Shown here piece by piece: positions 8,665-17,046 of a stretch of DNA of 64,000 nucleotides. The position numbers and the translations under genes are program-made. This DNA comes from an uncultured Chloroflexia bacterium (lineage in GTDB: Bacteria > Chloroflexota > Limnocylindria > Limnocylindrales > CSP1-4), in assembly GCA_963825545.1 (NCBI GenBank), contig CAWGTR010000006.1, positions 223,475-287,474 of the forward strand. The letters are read 5' to 3'. The notes below the pieces were generated by a model. It saw only the letters and a list, made by a program, of their open reading frames with translations, was not told where the DNA came from and did no database searches. Numbering within the stretch: the first letter of the stretch is position 1; each line of letters begins with the position of its first letter.

Positions 8665-10004
8665 CCGGCCTCCTGAAGACTCCGACCGGCTGGCCGAAGG
8701 TCCTCATCGAGTCGCCCCAGGCCGTCGACCCGACCGACCTCGATCGAGCCGTCCGCGATGGCGCCTTCGAGGCGCTCCGGACCGCGGTCCGGGCGATGAC
8801 CCCGAGCCAGGTCATCGGGGCGGTGGTCGGCTCCGGCCTGCGCGGTCGCGGCGGCAGCGGCTTCCCGACCGGGGCGAAGTGGCGGGTCGCGGCGAGCGCC
8901 CCCGGACCCACCCGCTACGTCGTCGCCAACGGCTACGGCGCCGACCCGGCGGTCCAGACCGACCGGACGCTCATGGAGCTGGCCCCGTATGCCGTGGTCG
9001 AGGGGGTCGCCCTGGCGGCCTATGCGATCGGGGCCGGCGAGGCGATCATTGCCGTCCGGGCCGATGCCGCCGAGGCGATCCGCCGGCTTGACGCGGCGAT
9101 CGGCGCCGCCGAGGAGGCCGGCTTCGCGGGGCCCGACGTCCTGGAGTCCGGCTGGGACCTGTCGATCCAGGTCCGCCCCGTCCAGGGTGCCTACATGCTC
9201 GGCGAGGAGACCGTCCTGCTCAAGGCGCTCGAGGGCAAGCGGGGCCAGCCCGAGCAGCGGCCGCCGCACCCGGCGGAGCGCGGGCTGTTCGGCCGCCCGA
9301 CGGTCGTCGACAACGTCCAGACCCTGGCGAGCGTGCCCTGGATCGTCCGCAACGGACCCGAGGCATACGCCGCGATCGGCTCGACGGCGAGCCCAGGGAC
9401 GATCCTCGTCCAGCTCCGCGCGCCGGCCGGCGGTGGGATCGCCGAGGTGCCGCTCGGGACCCCGCTCCGGGAGCTCATCGCGCTCGCCGGCCCGCGGGCC
9501 GGCCGATCGGACGGCGGCCGGCCGGTCAAGGCGGTCCTCGTCGGCGGACCCGCGGGTGGGTTCCTGCCGGCGGACCTGCTCGACACGCCGTTCGACTTCG
9601 AGTCGCTCCGCGACGTCGGGGCGCACGTCGGATCCGGCTCCATCGTCGTCGCCGACGACCGGGCCTGCGTCGTCGACCTGGCCCGGCTGCTCAGCCGCTT
9701 CTGCGCCGATCAGGCCTGTGGCAAGTCGATCCCCTGCCGGATCGGCACCCGTCGCCTGTCCGAGATCGCCGACCGGATCGCGGTCGGCACGCCGCGCCCG
9801 ACCGATGCCGGGCTGGCCGCCGACCTGGCCGCCGACATCCAGGGTTCCGGCCTGTGCGACCACGAGCGGCTGGCGACGCTGCCGATGACCAGCGCGATGC
9901 GATACTTCCGTGCCGAGCTCGACGACCATCTCCTCCGCAGCACCTGCCCCGCCGGCGTCTGCCACCCGATCAAGGTGGCCGTCGGGGCCGACCGAGGCGC
10001 TTGA
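8661..10004 (+). CDS. NuoF-like (51-kDa) subunit homolog with divergent FMN/NADH and N3-cluster motifs
   Basis: 447 aa. SGLRGRGGSGFPTGAKW and GAYMLGEETVLLKALEGKRGQPEQRPPHPAERGLFGRPTVVDNVQT align to NuoF. The YLVCNADEGEPGT motif is replaced by YVVANGYGADPAV. The Cys region reads FCADQACGKSIPCRIGT...GLCDH instead of ESCGKCTPCREG...C. Confidence 0.75.
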   Translation: MTGLLKTPTGWPKVLIESPQAVDPTDLDRAVRDGAFEALRTAVRAMTPSQVIGAVVGSGLRGRGGSGFPTGAKWRVAASAPGPTRYVVANGYGADPAVQTDRTLMELAPYAVVEGVALAAYAIGAGEAIIAVRADAAEAIRRLDAAIGAAEEAGFAGPDVLESGWDLSIQVRPVQGAYMLGEETVLLKALEGKRGQPEQRPPHPAERGLFGRPTVVDNVQTLASVPWIVRNGPEAYAAIGSTASPGTILVQLRAPAGGGIAEVPLGTPLRELIALAGPRAGRSDGGRPVKAVLVGGPAGGFLPADLLDTPFDFESLRDVGAHVGSGSIVVADDRACVVDLARLLSRFCADQACGKSIPCRIGTRRLSEIADRIAVGTPRPTDAGLAADLAADIQGSGLCDHERLATLPMTSAMRYFRAELDDHLLRSTCPAGVCHPIKVAVGADRGA

Positions 10005-12640
10005 TGACCGACCTGATCGTCCGACCCGAAGGCGCCCCGCCCGCCGAGCCGGGCGTCGCCGAGACCCTCGCGGAGCGACTGCTCGACGTGTCGGCGCCGC
10101 AGCGCCCGATGAGCGCCCCGGTGATCCGGATCGAGGTCGACGGGCGGGTCGTCGAGGGTCGCGACGGCCAGACGATCCTCGAGGTCTGCCGCGACAACGG
10201 GATCGAGGTCCCGACGCTGTGCTACGAGCCGAAGCTGCCCGGCTTCGGCGCCTGCCGGATGTGCGTCGTCGAGGTCGAGGGCGAAGAGCACCCGCCGATC
10301 AGCTGCTCGCGCGCGGCAGAGGCCGGCATGAAGGTCCAGACCCAGACCGACGAGGTGCGCCGCCTGCGGGCCACGAACCTCGAGCTGATCTTCAGCGACC
10401 ACAACGCCTACTGCCTGCCGCCCTGCCAGAACAAGTGCCCGAGCCACATCGACATTCCCGGCTTCCTCAAGCAGAACGCCGAGGGCGAGTGGCGCGAGTC
10501 GACCCGGATCTTCAAGCGGACGATCCCCTTCCCGAGCGTGCTCGGACGGGTCTGCCCGGCGCCGTGCGAGGAGCACTGCCGGCGCGACGAGGTCGATGAG
10601 GCGATCGCCATCCGTGACAGCCACCGCTACGCCGGGGACCAGGTCATCAAGGCGATGCTCGACGACGGGATCGACCCGCCGCTGCCATTCGAGCCCCAGC
10701 CGAAGACGGGTCGCCGGGCGGCCGTCATCGGGTCCGGCCCGGCCGGGATGAGCGCCGCCTACTACCTCCTCCTGGCCGGTCACGACGTGACCGTCTTCGA
10801 GCGCGACCCGGCGCCCGGCGGGATGCTCCGCTACGGGATCCCGCAGTACCGGCTCCCGAAGATCGAGGTCCTCGAGGCGGAGTACGAGTCGGTCAGCCGG
10901 CTGGGCGGGAAGATCGTATGCAACCAGGCCCTCGGGCGCGACTTCACCCTCGACGACCTCCAGGGCCAGGGCTACGACGCCGTCCTGGTGGCGATCGGCT
11001 GCTACGACACGAACAAGCTGGGCATCCCGAACGAGGACGCCGACGGCGTCATCGACGGCCTCGAATACCTCCAGACGGCCACCCTCGGCCTGCCCTACCC
11101 CGGGCACCGCGGGAAGCGCGTCGTCGTGATCGGCGGGGGGTTCACCTCGATGGACTGCTCGCGGACGTCGATCCGCCAGGGTGCCGCCGAGGTGACCCTC
11201 GTCTATCGCCGGGACATGAAGGACATGCCCGCCTCGAACGAGGTCCACGAGGCGATCGAGGAAGGCGTCCAGGCGATCTTCCAGGCCGCCCCGACGCGGG
11301 TCATCGTCGACGAGAAGACCGGCCGGGTGAGCGGCGTCGAGTTCATCCGCAACAAGCTCGGCGAGCCCGACGCGTCGGGCCGGCGGCGGCCCGAGCCGTC
11401 GCCCGGCACGGAGTTCACAATCGATTGCGACCGGGTCCTCCTGGCGATCGGCCAGGGCCCCGACCTGACCTGGATCGGGCCGGGCTCGGAGGGTCCCGAG
11501 GCGACGAAGCAGCGCCGGCTGAAGGCCGACCCGGTGACGTTCGAGACCGGACGGCCCGGCGTGTTCGGGACCGGCGACGTGCGGGTCGGCGCGGCCACCG
11601 TCGTCCAGGCGATCGCCGAGGGCCGCCGGGCGTCGTACGCCGCGGACGCCTACCTGCGTGGGATGGACCTCGGGACGATCCGGGCCCGCCAGACGCTCGC
11701 CGAGCCGCAGCCCGAGTTCCTGTCGATCGTGCCATTTACGAGCGAGGTCAAGGAACCCCGCTACCGGCTCAAGGCGATGGACGCCGAGGTCCGCAACAAG
11801 AGCTACCTCGAGTACGAGATCCCGTACACCCCCGCGGAGGCGGTCGCGGAGTCGACCCGCTGCCTGCAGTGCACCTGCGAGGCGATTGGGTTCTGCGACC
11901 TGCGCCGGCTCGGAATCGAGTACGGGACGACACTGCGCACGCTCGAGCCGCAGTTCCACCAGGGCGCGGGCTACCGGAGCGTCACCGAGAACCGCTTCAC
12001 CGGGATCAACCACGACTACGTGCGCGACGACAGCCACGCCTTCATCCTCCGCGAGCCGTCGCGCTGCATCGACTGCGGCCGCTGCGCCCAGGTCTGCTCC
12101 GAGGTCGTCGGGGCCGCCTGCTACGACTTCATGCGGATCGGCTTCGACACGCTCGTGACGACCCCGCTCGACATGAGCCTCAACGACACCCCGTGCGTGT
12201 CCTGTGGGCGCTGCGCCGAGACCTGCCCGACCGGGGCGCTGATGCCGAAGCCACGGGTGCTCGAGAAGTACGAGGTCGACGAGAGCCGCTGCATCCTGTG
12301 CGGGATCTGCGTCGATGCCTGTCCGTACGACGCCCTCCGCGACGGCGCCGACTTCGAGCTCAGCCACGTCGATCGCTCCGAGCCGATGGTCGACCTGATC
12401 GCCCTGGCGGCCATCGACCGGGAGACGGAGGCGACCTACATCCGCCGCGAGCGCGACTGGGTCGCCCGCGCCACCGCCGCCGGGCGTCCACCGGATCCGT
12501 CGCGCCTCCTGCCGGTCCTGCCGCCATCCGTCACCGGGGGCGGGGCGGGCCTGGCCGCCGCGCGCCACGGAGAGCGAACGGGCGGCAACGGCGCCTCCGG
12601 CAACGGCGCGGCCGGCGCCGGCCACGCCCATCACGAGTAG
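10004..12640 (+). CDS. multidomain Fe-S flavoprotein: NuoG-like N-terminal [2Fe-2S] domain, inserted GltD-like NAD(P)H:FAD oxidoreductase (glutamate synthase small-subunit fold), NuoG-like N5/N4 cluster region, and a C-terminal 2x[4Fe-4S] NuoI-like ferredoxin domain; no molybdopterin domain
   Basis: 878 aa. ATG overlaps the preceding stop (TGATG). 2Fe-2S pattern CYEPKLPGFGACRMCVVEVEGEEHPPISC (C-x10-C-x2-C-x13-C). The GltD block CLPPCQNKCPSHIDIPGF...GRVCPAPCEEHC...AAVIGSGPAGMSAAYYL...GIPNEDADGV...GKRVVVIGGGFTSMDCSRTSIRQGA...GEPDASGRRRPE...FGTGDVRVGAATVVQAIAEGRRAS aligns closely to E. coli GltD. Then LRRLGIEYG...SRCIDCGRCAQVCSEVVG...TCPTGAL (NuoG N4-like), then CVSCGRCAETCP and CILCGICVDACPYDAL...DFE (NuoI-like). 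Confidence 0.8.
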   Translation: MTDLIVRPEGAPPAEPGVAETLAERLLDVSAPQRPMSAPVIRIEVDGRVVEGRDGQTILEVCRDNGIEVPTLCYEPKLPGFGACRMCVVEVEGEEHPPISCSRAAEAGMKVQTQTDEVRRLRATNLELIFSDHNAYCLPPCQNKCPSHIDIPGFLKQNAEGEWRESTRIFKRTIPFPSVLGRVCPAPCEEHCRRDEVDEAIAIRDSHRYAGDQVIKAMLDDGIDPPLPFEPQPKTGRRAAVIGSGPAGMSAAYYLLLAGHDVTVFERDPAPGGMLRYGIPQYRLPKIEVLEAEYESVSRLGGKIVCNQALGRDFTLDDLQGQGYDAVLVAIGCYDTNKLGIPNEDADGVIDGLEYLQTATLGLPYPGHRGKRVVVIGGGFTSMDCSRTSIRQGAAEVTLVYRRDMKDMPASNEVHEAIEEGVQAIFQAAPTRVIVDEKTGRVSGVEFIRNKLGEPDASGRRRPEPSPGTEFTIDCDRVLLAIGQGPDLTWIGPGSEGPEATKQRRLKADPVTFETGRPGVFGTGDVRVGAATVVQAIAEGRRASYAADAYLRGMDLGTIRARQTLAEPQPEFLSIVPFTSEVKEPRYRLKAMDAEVRNKSYLEYEIPYTPAEAVAESTRCLQCTCEAIGFCDLRRLGIEYGTTLRTLEPQFHQGAGYRSVTENRFTGINHDYVRDDSHAFILREPSRCIDCGRCAQVCSEVVGAACYDFMRIGFDTLVTTPLDMSLNDTPCVSCGRCAETCPTGALMPKPRVLEKYEVDESRCILCGICVDACPYDALRDGADFELSHVDRSEPMVDLIALAAIDRETEATYIRRERDWVARATAAGRPPDPSRLLPVLPPSVTGGGAGLAAARHGERTGGNGASGNGAAGAGHAHHE

Positions 12641-12652
12641 GGAGGAGCGCGG

Positions 12653-13204
12653 GTGCCGATCCCGGACACGATCCCGGTCATCGGGGCGACTTGGAACGAC
12701 GCCCTGTTCGTGATCTTCGCCGGGATCCTCCTCGGATCCGGGCTGCTCGTCGTCACCCTCCGCGACATCATCCGCTGCGGGCTGGCGATGATCGTCTGCT
12801 TCGGCGCCCTGGCCGGCATCTACGTCATCCTCGGCGCACCGCTCATCGCCGGGGCCCAGGTGCTCGTCTACATCGGCGCGATCAGCGTGCTCATCCTGTT
12901 CGCCATCATGCTCACCCAGACGAAGGCCGCCCCGGCCCGCCTCGTGTTCCAGACCCAGGCGGTCCCGGCGGCGATCGCCGCGCTCGTCCTGGCAGTGATC
13001 CTCGCGCTCGTGGTCGTGTCGACGGACTGGGGTGCCGCGGCGGCGGTCGCGCGGACGGCGACGGACGACATGGCCCGCCTCCTGTTCCACGACTATGTCC
13101 TGCCGTTCGAGGTCGTGAGCGTCCTGCTCCTCGCGGCGGTCGTCGGCGGGGTCTACCTTGCCAAGCGCGAGGTCGACGCGACCGAGGAGCGCGGCCCGCG
13201 ATGA
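12653..13204 (+). CDS. nuoJ: NADH-quinone oxidoreductase subunit J
   Basis: GTG start 9 nt after a GGAGG Shine-Dalgarno. 183-aa membrane protein ...FVIFAGILLGSGLLVVTLRDIIRCGLAMIVCFGALAGIYVILGAPLIAGAQVLVYIGAISVLILFAIM... Confidence 0.85.
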   Translation: MPIPDTIPVIGATWNDALFVIFAGILLGSGLLVVTLRDIIRCGLAMIVCFGALAGIYVILGAPLIAGAQVLVYIGAISVLILFAIMLTQTKAAPARLVFQTQAVPAAIAALVLAVILALVVVSTDWGAAAAVARTATDDMARLLFHDYVLPFEVVSVLLLAAVVGGVYLAKREVDATEERGPR

Positions 13205-13512
13205 CGAACTCCCTCGATGCCTACCTGATCCTGTCCGGCCTGCTGTTCTGCCTCGGGACCTTCGGCTTCCTTGCCCGCCGCAACGCGATCAGCATGCTCA
13301 TGTCGATCGAGCTGATGCTCAACGCCGTCAACCTCTCGATCGTCGCCTTCGGGGCGTTCGTGCCCAAGCTCCAGGGCCAGGGCTCGATCATCGCCCTGGT
13401 GGTGATGGCCGTGGCGGCGGGTGAGGCGACGGTCGGGCTGGCCATCGTCATGGCGATCTTCCGCAACCGGCGGACGCCGCTCGTCGACGAGTACGACTCG
13501 ATGCGGCAGTAA
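13201..13512 (+). CDS. nuoK: NADH-quinone oxidoreductase subunit K
   Basis: ATGA overlap with nuoJ. MTNSLDAYLILSGLLFCLGTFGFLARRNAISMLMSIELMLNAVNLSIVAFGAF...GEATVGLAIVMAIFRNRRT is canonical NuoK. Confidence 0.9.
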   Translation: MTNSLDAYLILSGLLFCLGTFGFLARRNAISMLMSIELMLNAVNLSIVAFGAFVPKLQGQGSIIALVVMAVAAGEATVGLAIVMAIFRNRRTPLVDEYDSMRQ

Positions 13513-13516
13513 GCCG

Positions 13517-15487
13517 ATGCCGTACGACGCGCTGATCGTCGCCATCCCGGCGCTGCCGATCGCCGGCTTCGCCTTCACCGCCCTGTTCGGCCGGCGCATC
13601 CAGGCGCGGCTCGGCCGGAACGCGGCCAGCGCCGTCCCGCTCGCCGTGGTGATCCTGAGCTGGCTGGCGGCGATGATCGTCGTGGTCCCCGCGCTCGGGC
13701 ATGCCGAGCCATTCGGCGAGCGCGGTCTCGACTTCACGCTGTACACCTGGATCCCGGCCGGGAACTTCGTCGTCGACGTCGGGTTCCACGTCGACGCCCT
13801 GACGGCCTGCCTCCTGATCGTGGTGACGACGATCGGGATGCTCGTCCACGTCTACTCGGTCGGGTACATGGCCCACGACCCCGGGACGTGGCGGTTCTTC
13901 GCCTACCTCAACCTGTTCATGTTCTCGATGCTGCTGCTCGTGCTGGCCGACAGCTTCCTCGTGATCTTCGTGGCCTGGGAGCTGGTCGGGCTGTCGAGCT
14001 ACCTGCTGATCGGGTTCTGGTACCGCAAGCCGACCGCGGCGCTCGCCGCGAAGAAGGCGTTCATCGTCAACCGTGTCGGGGACGTCGGCTTCGCGCTCGG
14101 GATCATGCTCATCTTCGTGAGCCTCGGGACGCTCAACGTCCAGGCGGTGCTCGGGTCGATCGGGACGCTCGACCAGTTCACGATCGTGGCCATCGCGCTG
14201 CTCGTGTTCTGTGGCGCAGTCGGCAAGAGCGCCCAGTTCCCGCTCCACGTCTGGCTGCCCGACGCGATGGAGGGCCCGACCCCCGTCTCGGCGCTGATCC
14301 ATGCCGCGACGATGGTCAACGCCGGGGTCTACCTGATCGCGCGGGTCAACCCGATCTTCGGCCACGCCCAGGGCGCGATGGTCGTGGTGGCGGCGATCGG
14401 GATCTTCACCGCGCTGCTCGCCGCGTCGATCGCGTTCACCCAGACCGACATCAAGCGCGTCCTCGCCTACTCGACGTTGTCCCAGCTCGGCTACATGTTC
14501 GCCGCGCTCGGCGTCGGCGCCTGGATCGGCGCCATCTTCCACCTCATGGCCCACGGTTTCTTCAAGGGCCTCCTGTTCCTCGATTCGGGGTCGGTGATCC
14601 ACGCCGTCCACGAGGAGCAGGACATGCGCCGGATGGGCGGGCTGTGGCGCAAGATCCCGATCACGTACTGGACGATGCTCATCGGCGCGCTGGCGATCTC
14701 GGGGATCCCGCCGCTGGCCGGCTTCTTCAGCAAGGACGAGATCCTCGGCGAGGCGTTCAAGAACGGCTTCCTCGTCGTCTGGGCGATCGGCTTCGCGGTC
14801 GCCGGGATGACCGCCTTCTACATGTTCCGGCTGATGGGGATGACCTTCTGGGGCCCGAGCCACGTCGACCCGAAGGTGGAGCCCACGATCCATGAGTCGC
14901 CCCGCTCGATGACCGTGCCGCTCATCCTGCTGGCGATCGCGTCGATCTTCCTCGGGCTCGTGATCGGCGTGCCGCTCGGTGCCGGCCTGATCAACACCTG
15001 GCTCGAGCCGGTGTTCGCCGAGACGATCGCGCTGACTGGCGGCGAGGCGGCTCCGTTCGGCCCGCTTGACGTAGCCCTGATCCTGGCCAGCGTGTCGATC
15101 GCGACGATCGGGATCATCGTCGCCTGGCGCTTCTTCGGGGTCGAGCTCGGCGCCCTCCGCCGCGCTCCGCGGCCGAAGGAGGTCACGGCGATCGCCACGG
15201 CCAGCCCCCTGACCCGGTTCCTCTACCGCGCTTCGCTCAACAAGTGGTGGTTCGACGACCTCAACGACCTGTTGTTCATCCGGATCGGCGGGCGGATCGC
15301 GGCCGCGGCCTGGTGGTTCGACCGGACGATCATCGACGGCACGGTCAACGAGATCGGCACAATCGCTGTCGGCGTCGGCCGGGAGCTGCGCCGGGTCCAG
15401 ACCGGTCGGGTCCAGAACTACGCCCTCGGGATCGCCATCGGGCTGATCGTGATGGCCGGCTCGTACCTCGTGATCGTGGGGCGCTGA
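13517..15487 (+). CDS. nuoL: NADH-quinone oxidoreductase subunit L
   Basis: 656-aa antiporter-like subunit, MPYDALIVAIPALPIAGF...WELVGLSSYLLIGFWYRKP...HAATMVNAGVYLIARV...; the long C-terminal region is typical of NuoL. Confidence 0.9.
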   Translation: MPYDALIVAIPALPIAGFAFTALFGRRIQARLGRNAASAVPLAVVILSWLAAMIVVVPALGHAEPFGERGLDFTLYTWIPAGNFVVDVGFHVDALTACLLIVVTTIGMLVHVYSVGYMAHDPGTWRFFAYLNLFMFSMLLLVLADSFLVIFVAWELVGLSSYLLIGFWYRKPTAALAAKKAFIVNRVGDVGFALGIMLIFVSLGTLNVQAVLGSIGTLDQFTIVAIALLVFCGAVGKSAQFPLHVWLPDAMEGPTPVSALIHAATMVNAGVYLIARVNPIFGHAQGAMVVVAAIGIFTALLAASIAFTQTDIKRVLAYSTLSQLGYMFAALGVGAWIGAIFHLMAHGFFKGLLFLDSGSVIHAVHEEQDMRRMGGLWRKIPITYWTMLIGALAISGIPPLAGFFSKDEILGEAFKNGFLVVWAIGFAVAGMTAFYMFRLMGMTFWGPSHVDPKVEPTIHESPRSMTVPLILLAIASIFLGLVIGVPLGAGLINTWLEPVFAETIALTGGEAAPFGPLDVALILASVSIATIGIIVAWRFFGVELGALRRAPRPKEVTAIATASPLTRFLYRASLNKWWFDDLNDLLFIRIGGRIAAAAWWFDRTIIDGTVNEIGTIAVGVGRELRRVQTGRVQNYALGIAIGLIVMAGSYLVIVGR

Positions 15488-15491
15488 GCCG

Positions 15492-17039
15492 ATGGGCGAC
15501 CTGACCATCCCGCTGCTCAGCGCGATCACCTTCACGCCGCTCGTCGGGGCGCTGGTCATCGCGGTCGTCCCGCGCACCGCCGAACGGGCGATCCGCTGGA
15601 TCGCGCTGGCGACGTCGCTGATCGCGTTCGGGCTGTCGCTCGTGCTGCTGGCGGCGTTCGACCCGCTCAAGCCGGGCTTCTCGTTCGTCGAGCAGGTGGA
15701 CTGGATCCCCGTCTTCGGGATCCAGTACAAGGTCGGGGTCGACGGCCTGTCGGCCGTGCTCGTGGTGCTCACGACGACGCTGTCGTGGATCAGCATCCTC
15801 GCCTCGTTCGGGCCGATCCACGAGCGGATCAAGGAGTACATGATCTCGTTCCTGATCCTCGAGGTCGGCCTGATCGGCGTGTTCGTGGCGCTCGACCTGT
15901 TCCTGTTCTACGTGTTCTGGGAGGTCGTCCTCGTCCCGATGTACCTGATCATCGGGATCTGGGGCGGCTCAAACCGGGTGTACGCGACGATCAAGTTCGT
16001 GCTGTACACGCTCGTCGGGTCGCTGCTGATGCTGGTCGCGATCCTGGCCACGGCCTTCACCTACCAGTCGGCGACCGGCAGCTGGGACCACGCCTTCGAC
16101 TTCGAGTACCTGCGCAGCTTCGCCGCGACAGTCGGGTTCGCGAATGGGCTCCAGGTGTTCGCGTTCCTGGCCTTCTTCCTCGCCTTCGCGATCAAGGTCC
16201 CCATGTTCCCGTTCCACACCTGGCTGCCGGATGCCCACGTCGAGGCCCCGACGGCCGGGTCGGTGATCCTCGCGGCGATCATGCTCAAGCTCGGCGCCTA
16301 CGGGTTCATCCGCTTCGCGGTGCCGCTGTTCCCCGATGCGGCCCACACGTTCGCGGTACCGATCATCGTGCTCAGCCTCATCGCGATCATCTATGGCGCG
16401 GTCGTCGCCCTCGTCCAGCCCGACCTCAAGAAGCTCATCGCCTACTCGTCGGTCAGCCACATGGGCTTCGTGACCCTCGGGATCTTCGTGTTCCAGCAGC
16501 AGGGCCTGCAGGGGGCGATCCTGCAGATGGTCAACCACGGGCTGATCACCGGGGCCCTGTTCCTCCTGGTCGGGGTGATCTACGAGCGGACCCACGACCG
16601 GACGATCGCCAGGATGGGCGGGCTGTCGGGCCGAACTCCGGTGTACGCCGCCGCATTCGGCTTCTTTGTCTTCGCCAGCGCCGGGCTGCCCGGGCTGTCC
16701 GGGTTCGTCGGCGAGTTCCTGGTGCTGGTCGGGACCTTCGCGGCCAGCCCGTACGCCGCGGCCATCGCCACGTTCTGCATGATCCTGGCGGCCGGCTACC
16801 TGCTCTGGATGTTCCAGCGCGTCTTCACGGGCGAGCTGTCCGACTTCCTGGCCGGCCTCGGCCAGCACCTGACCGACATCCGTCCGATCGAGATCGCGAC
16901 GCTCGCCCCGCTCGGGGCGATGATCGTCGTGTTCGGGCTCTTCCCCGGCCTCCTCCTGACGATCATCCAGGGCACCGTGGCGACCTTCACCGCGAGCGTC
17001 GGCGCCCACGACGTCGCCGTCCACCTGATGGTCCGGTAG
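15492..17039 (+). CDS. nuoM: NADH-quinone oxidoreductase subunit M
   Basis: 515 aa; ...FLFYVFWEVVLVPMYLIIGIWGG...FPFHTWLPDAHVEAPTAGSVILAAIMLKLGAYGFIRF... Confidence 0.9.
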   Translation: MGDLTIPLLSAITFTPLVGALVIAVVPRTAERAIRWIALATSLIAFGLSLVLLAAFDPLKPGFSFVEQVDWIPVFGIQYKVGVDGLSAVLVVLTTTLSWISILASFGPIHERIKEYMISFLILEVGLIGVFVALDLFLFYVFWEVVLVPMYLIIGIWGGSNRVYATIKFVLYTLVGSLLMLVAILATAFTYQSATGSWDHAFDFEYLRSFAATVGFANGLQVFAFLAFFLAFAIKVPMFPFHTWLPDAHVEAPTAGSVILAAIMLKLGAYGFIRFAVPLFPDAAHTFAVPIIVLSLIAIIYGAVVALVQPDLKKLIAYSSVSHMGFVTLGIFVFQQQGLQGAILQMVNHGLITGALFLLVGVIYERTHDRTIARMGGLSGRTPVYAAAFGFFVFASAGLPGLSGFVGEFLVLVGTFAASPYAAAIATFCMILAAGYLLWMFQRVFTGELSDFLAGLGQHLTDIRPIEIATLAPLGAMIVVFGLFPGLLLTIIQGTVATFTASVGAHDVAVHLMVR

Positions 17040-17046
17040 GCGGGCG

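Noticed and set aside
8002-12640. Possibility that the NuoI/NuoE and NuoG/GltD/NuoI fusions are artefacts of the same indel errors seen elsewhere
   Set aside because: Indels break reading frames rather than create long in-frame, multi-domain, cysteine-motif-preserving fusions. All three alternative frames were checked around the G6 run at ~8260 and give only junk. Misassembly (a chimeric join) cannot be excluded without reads.
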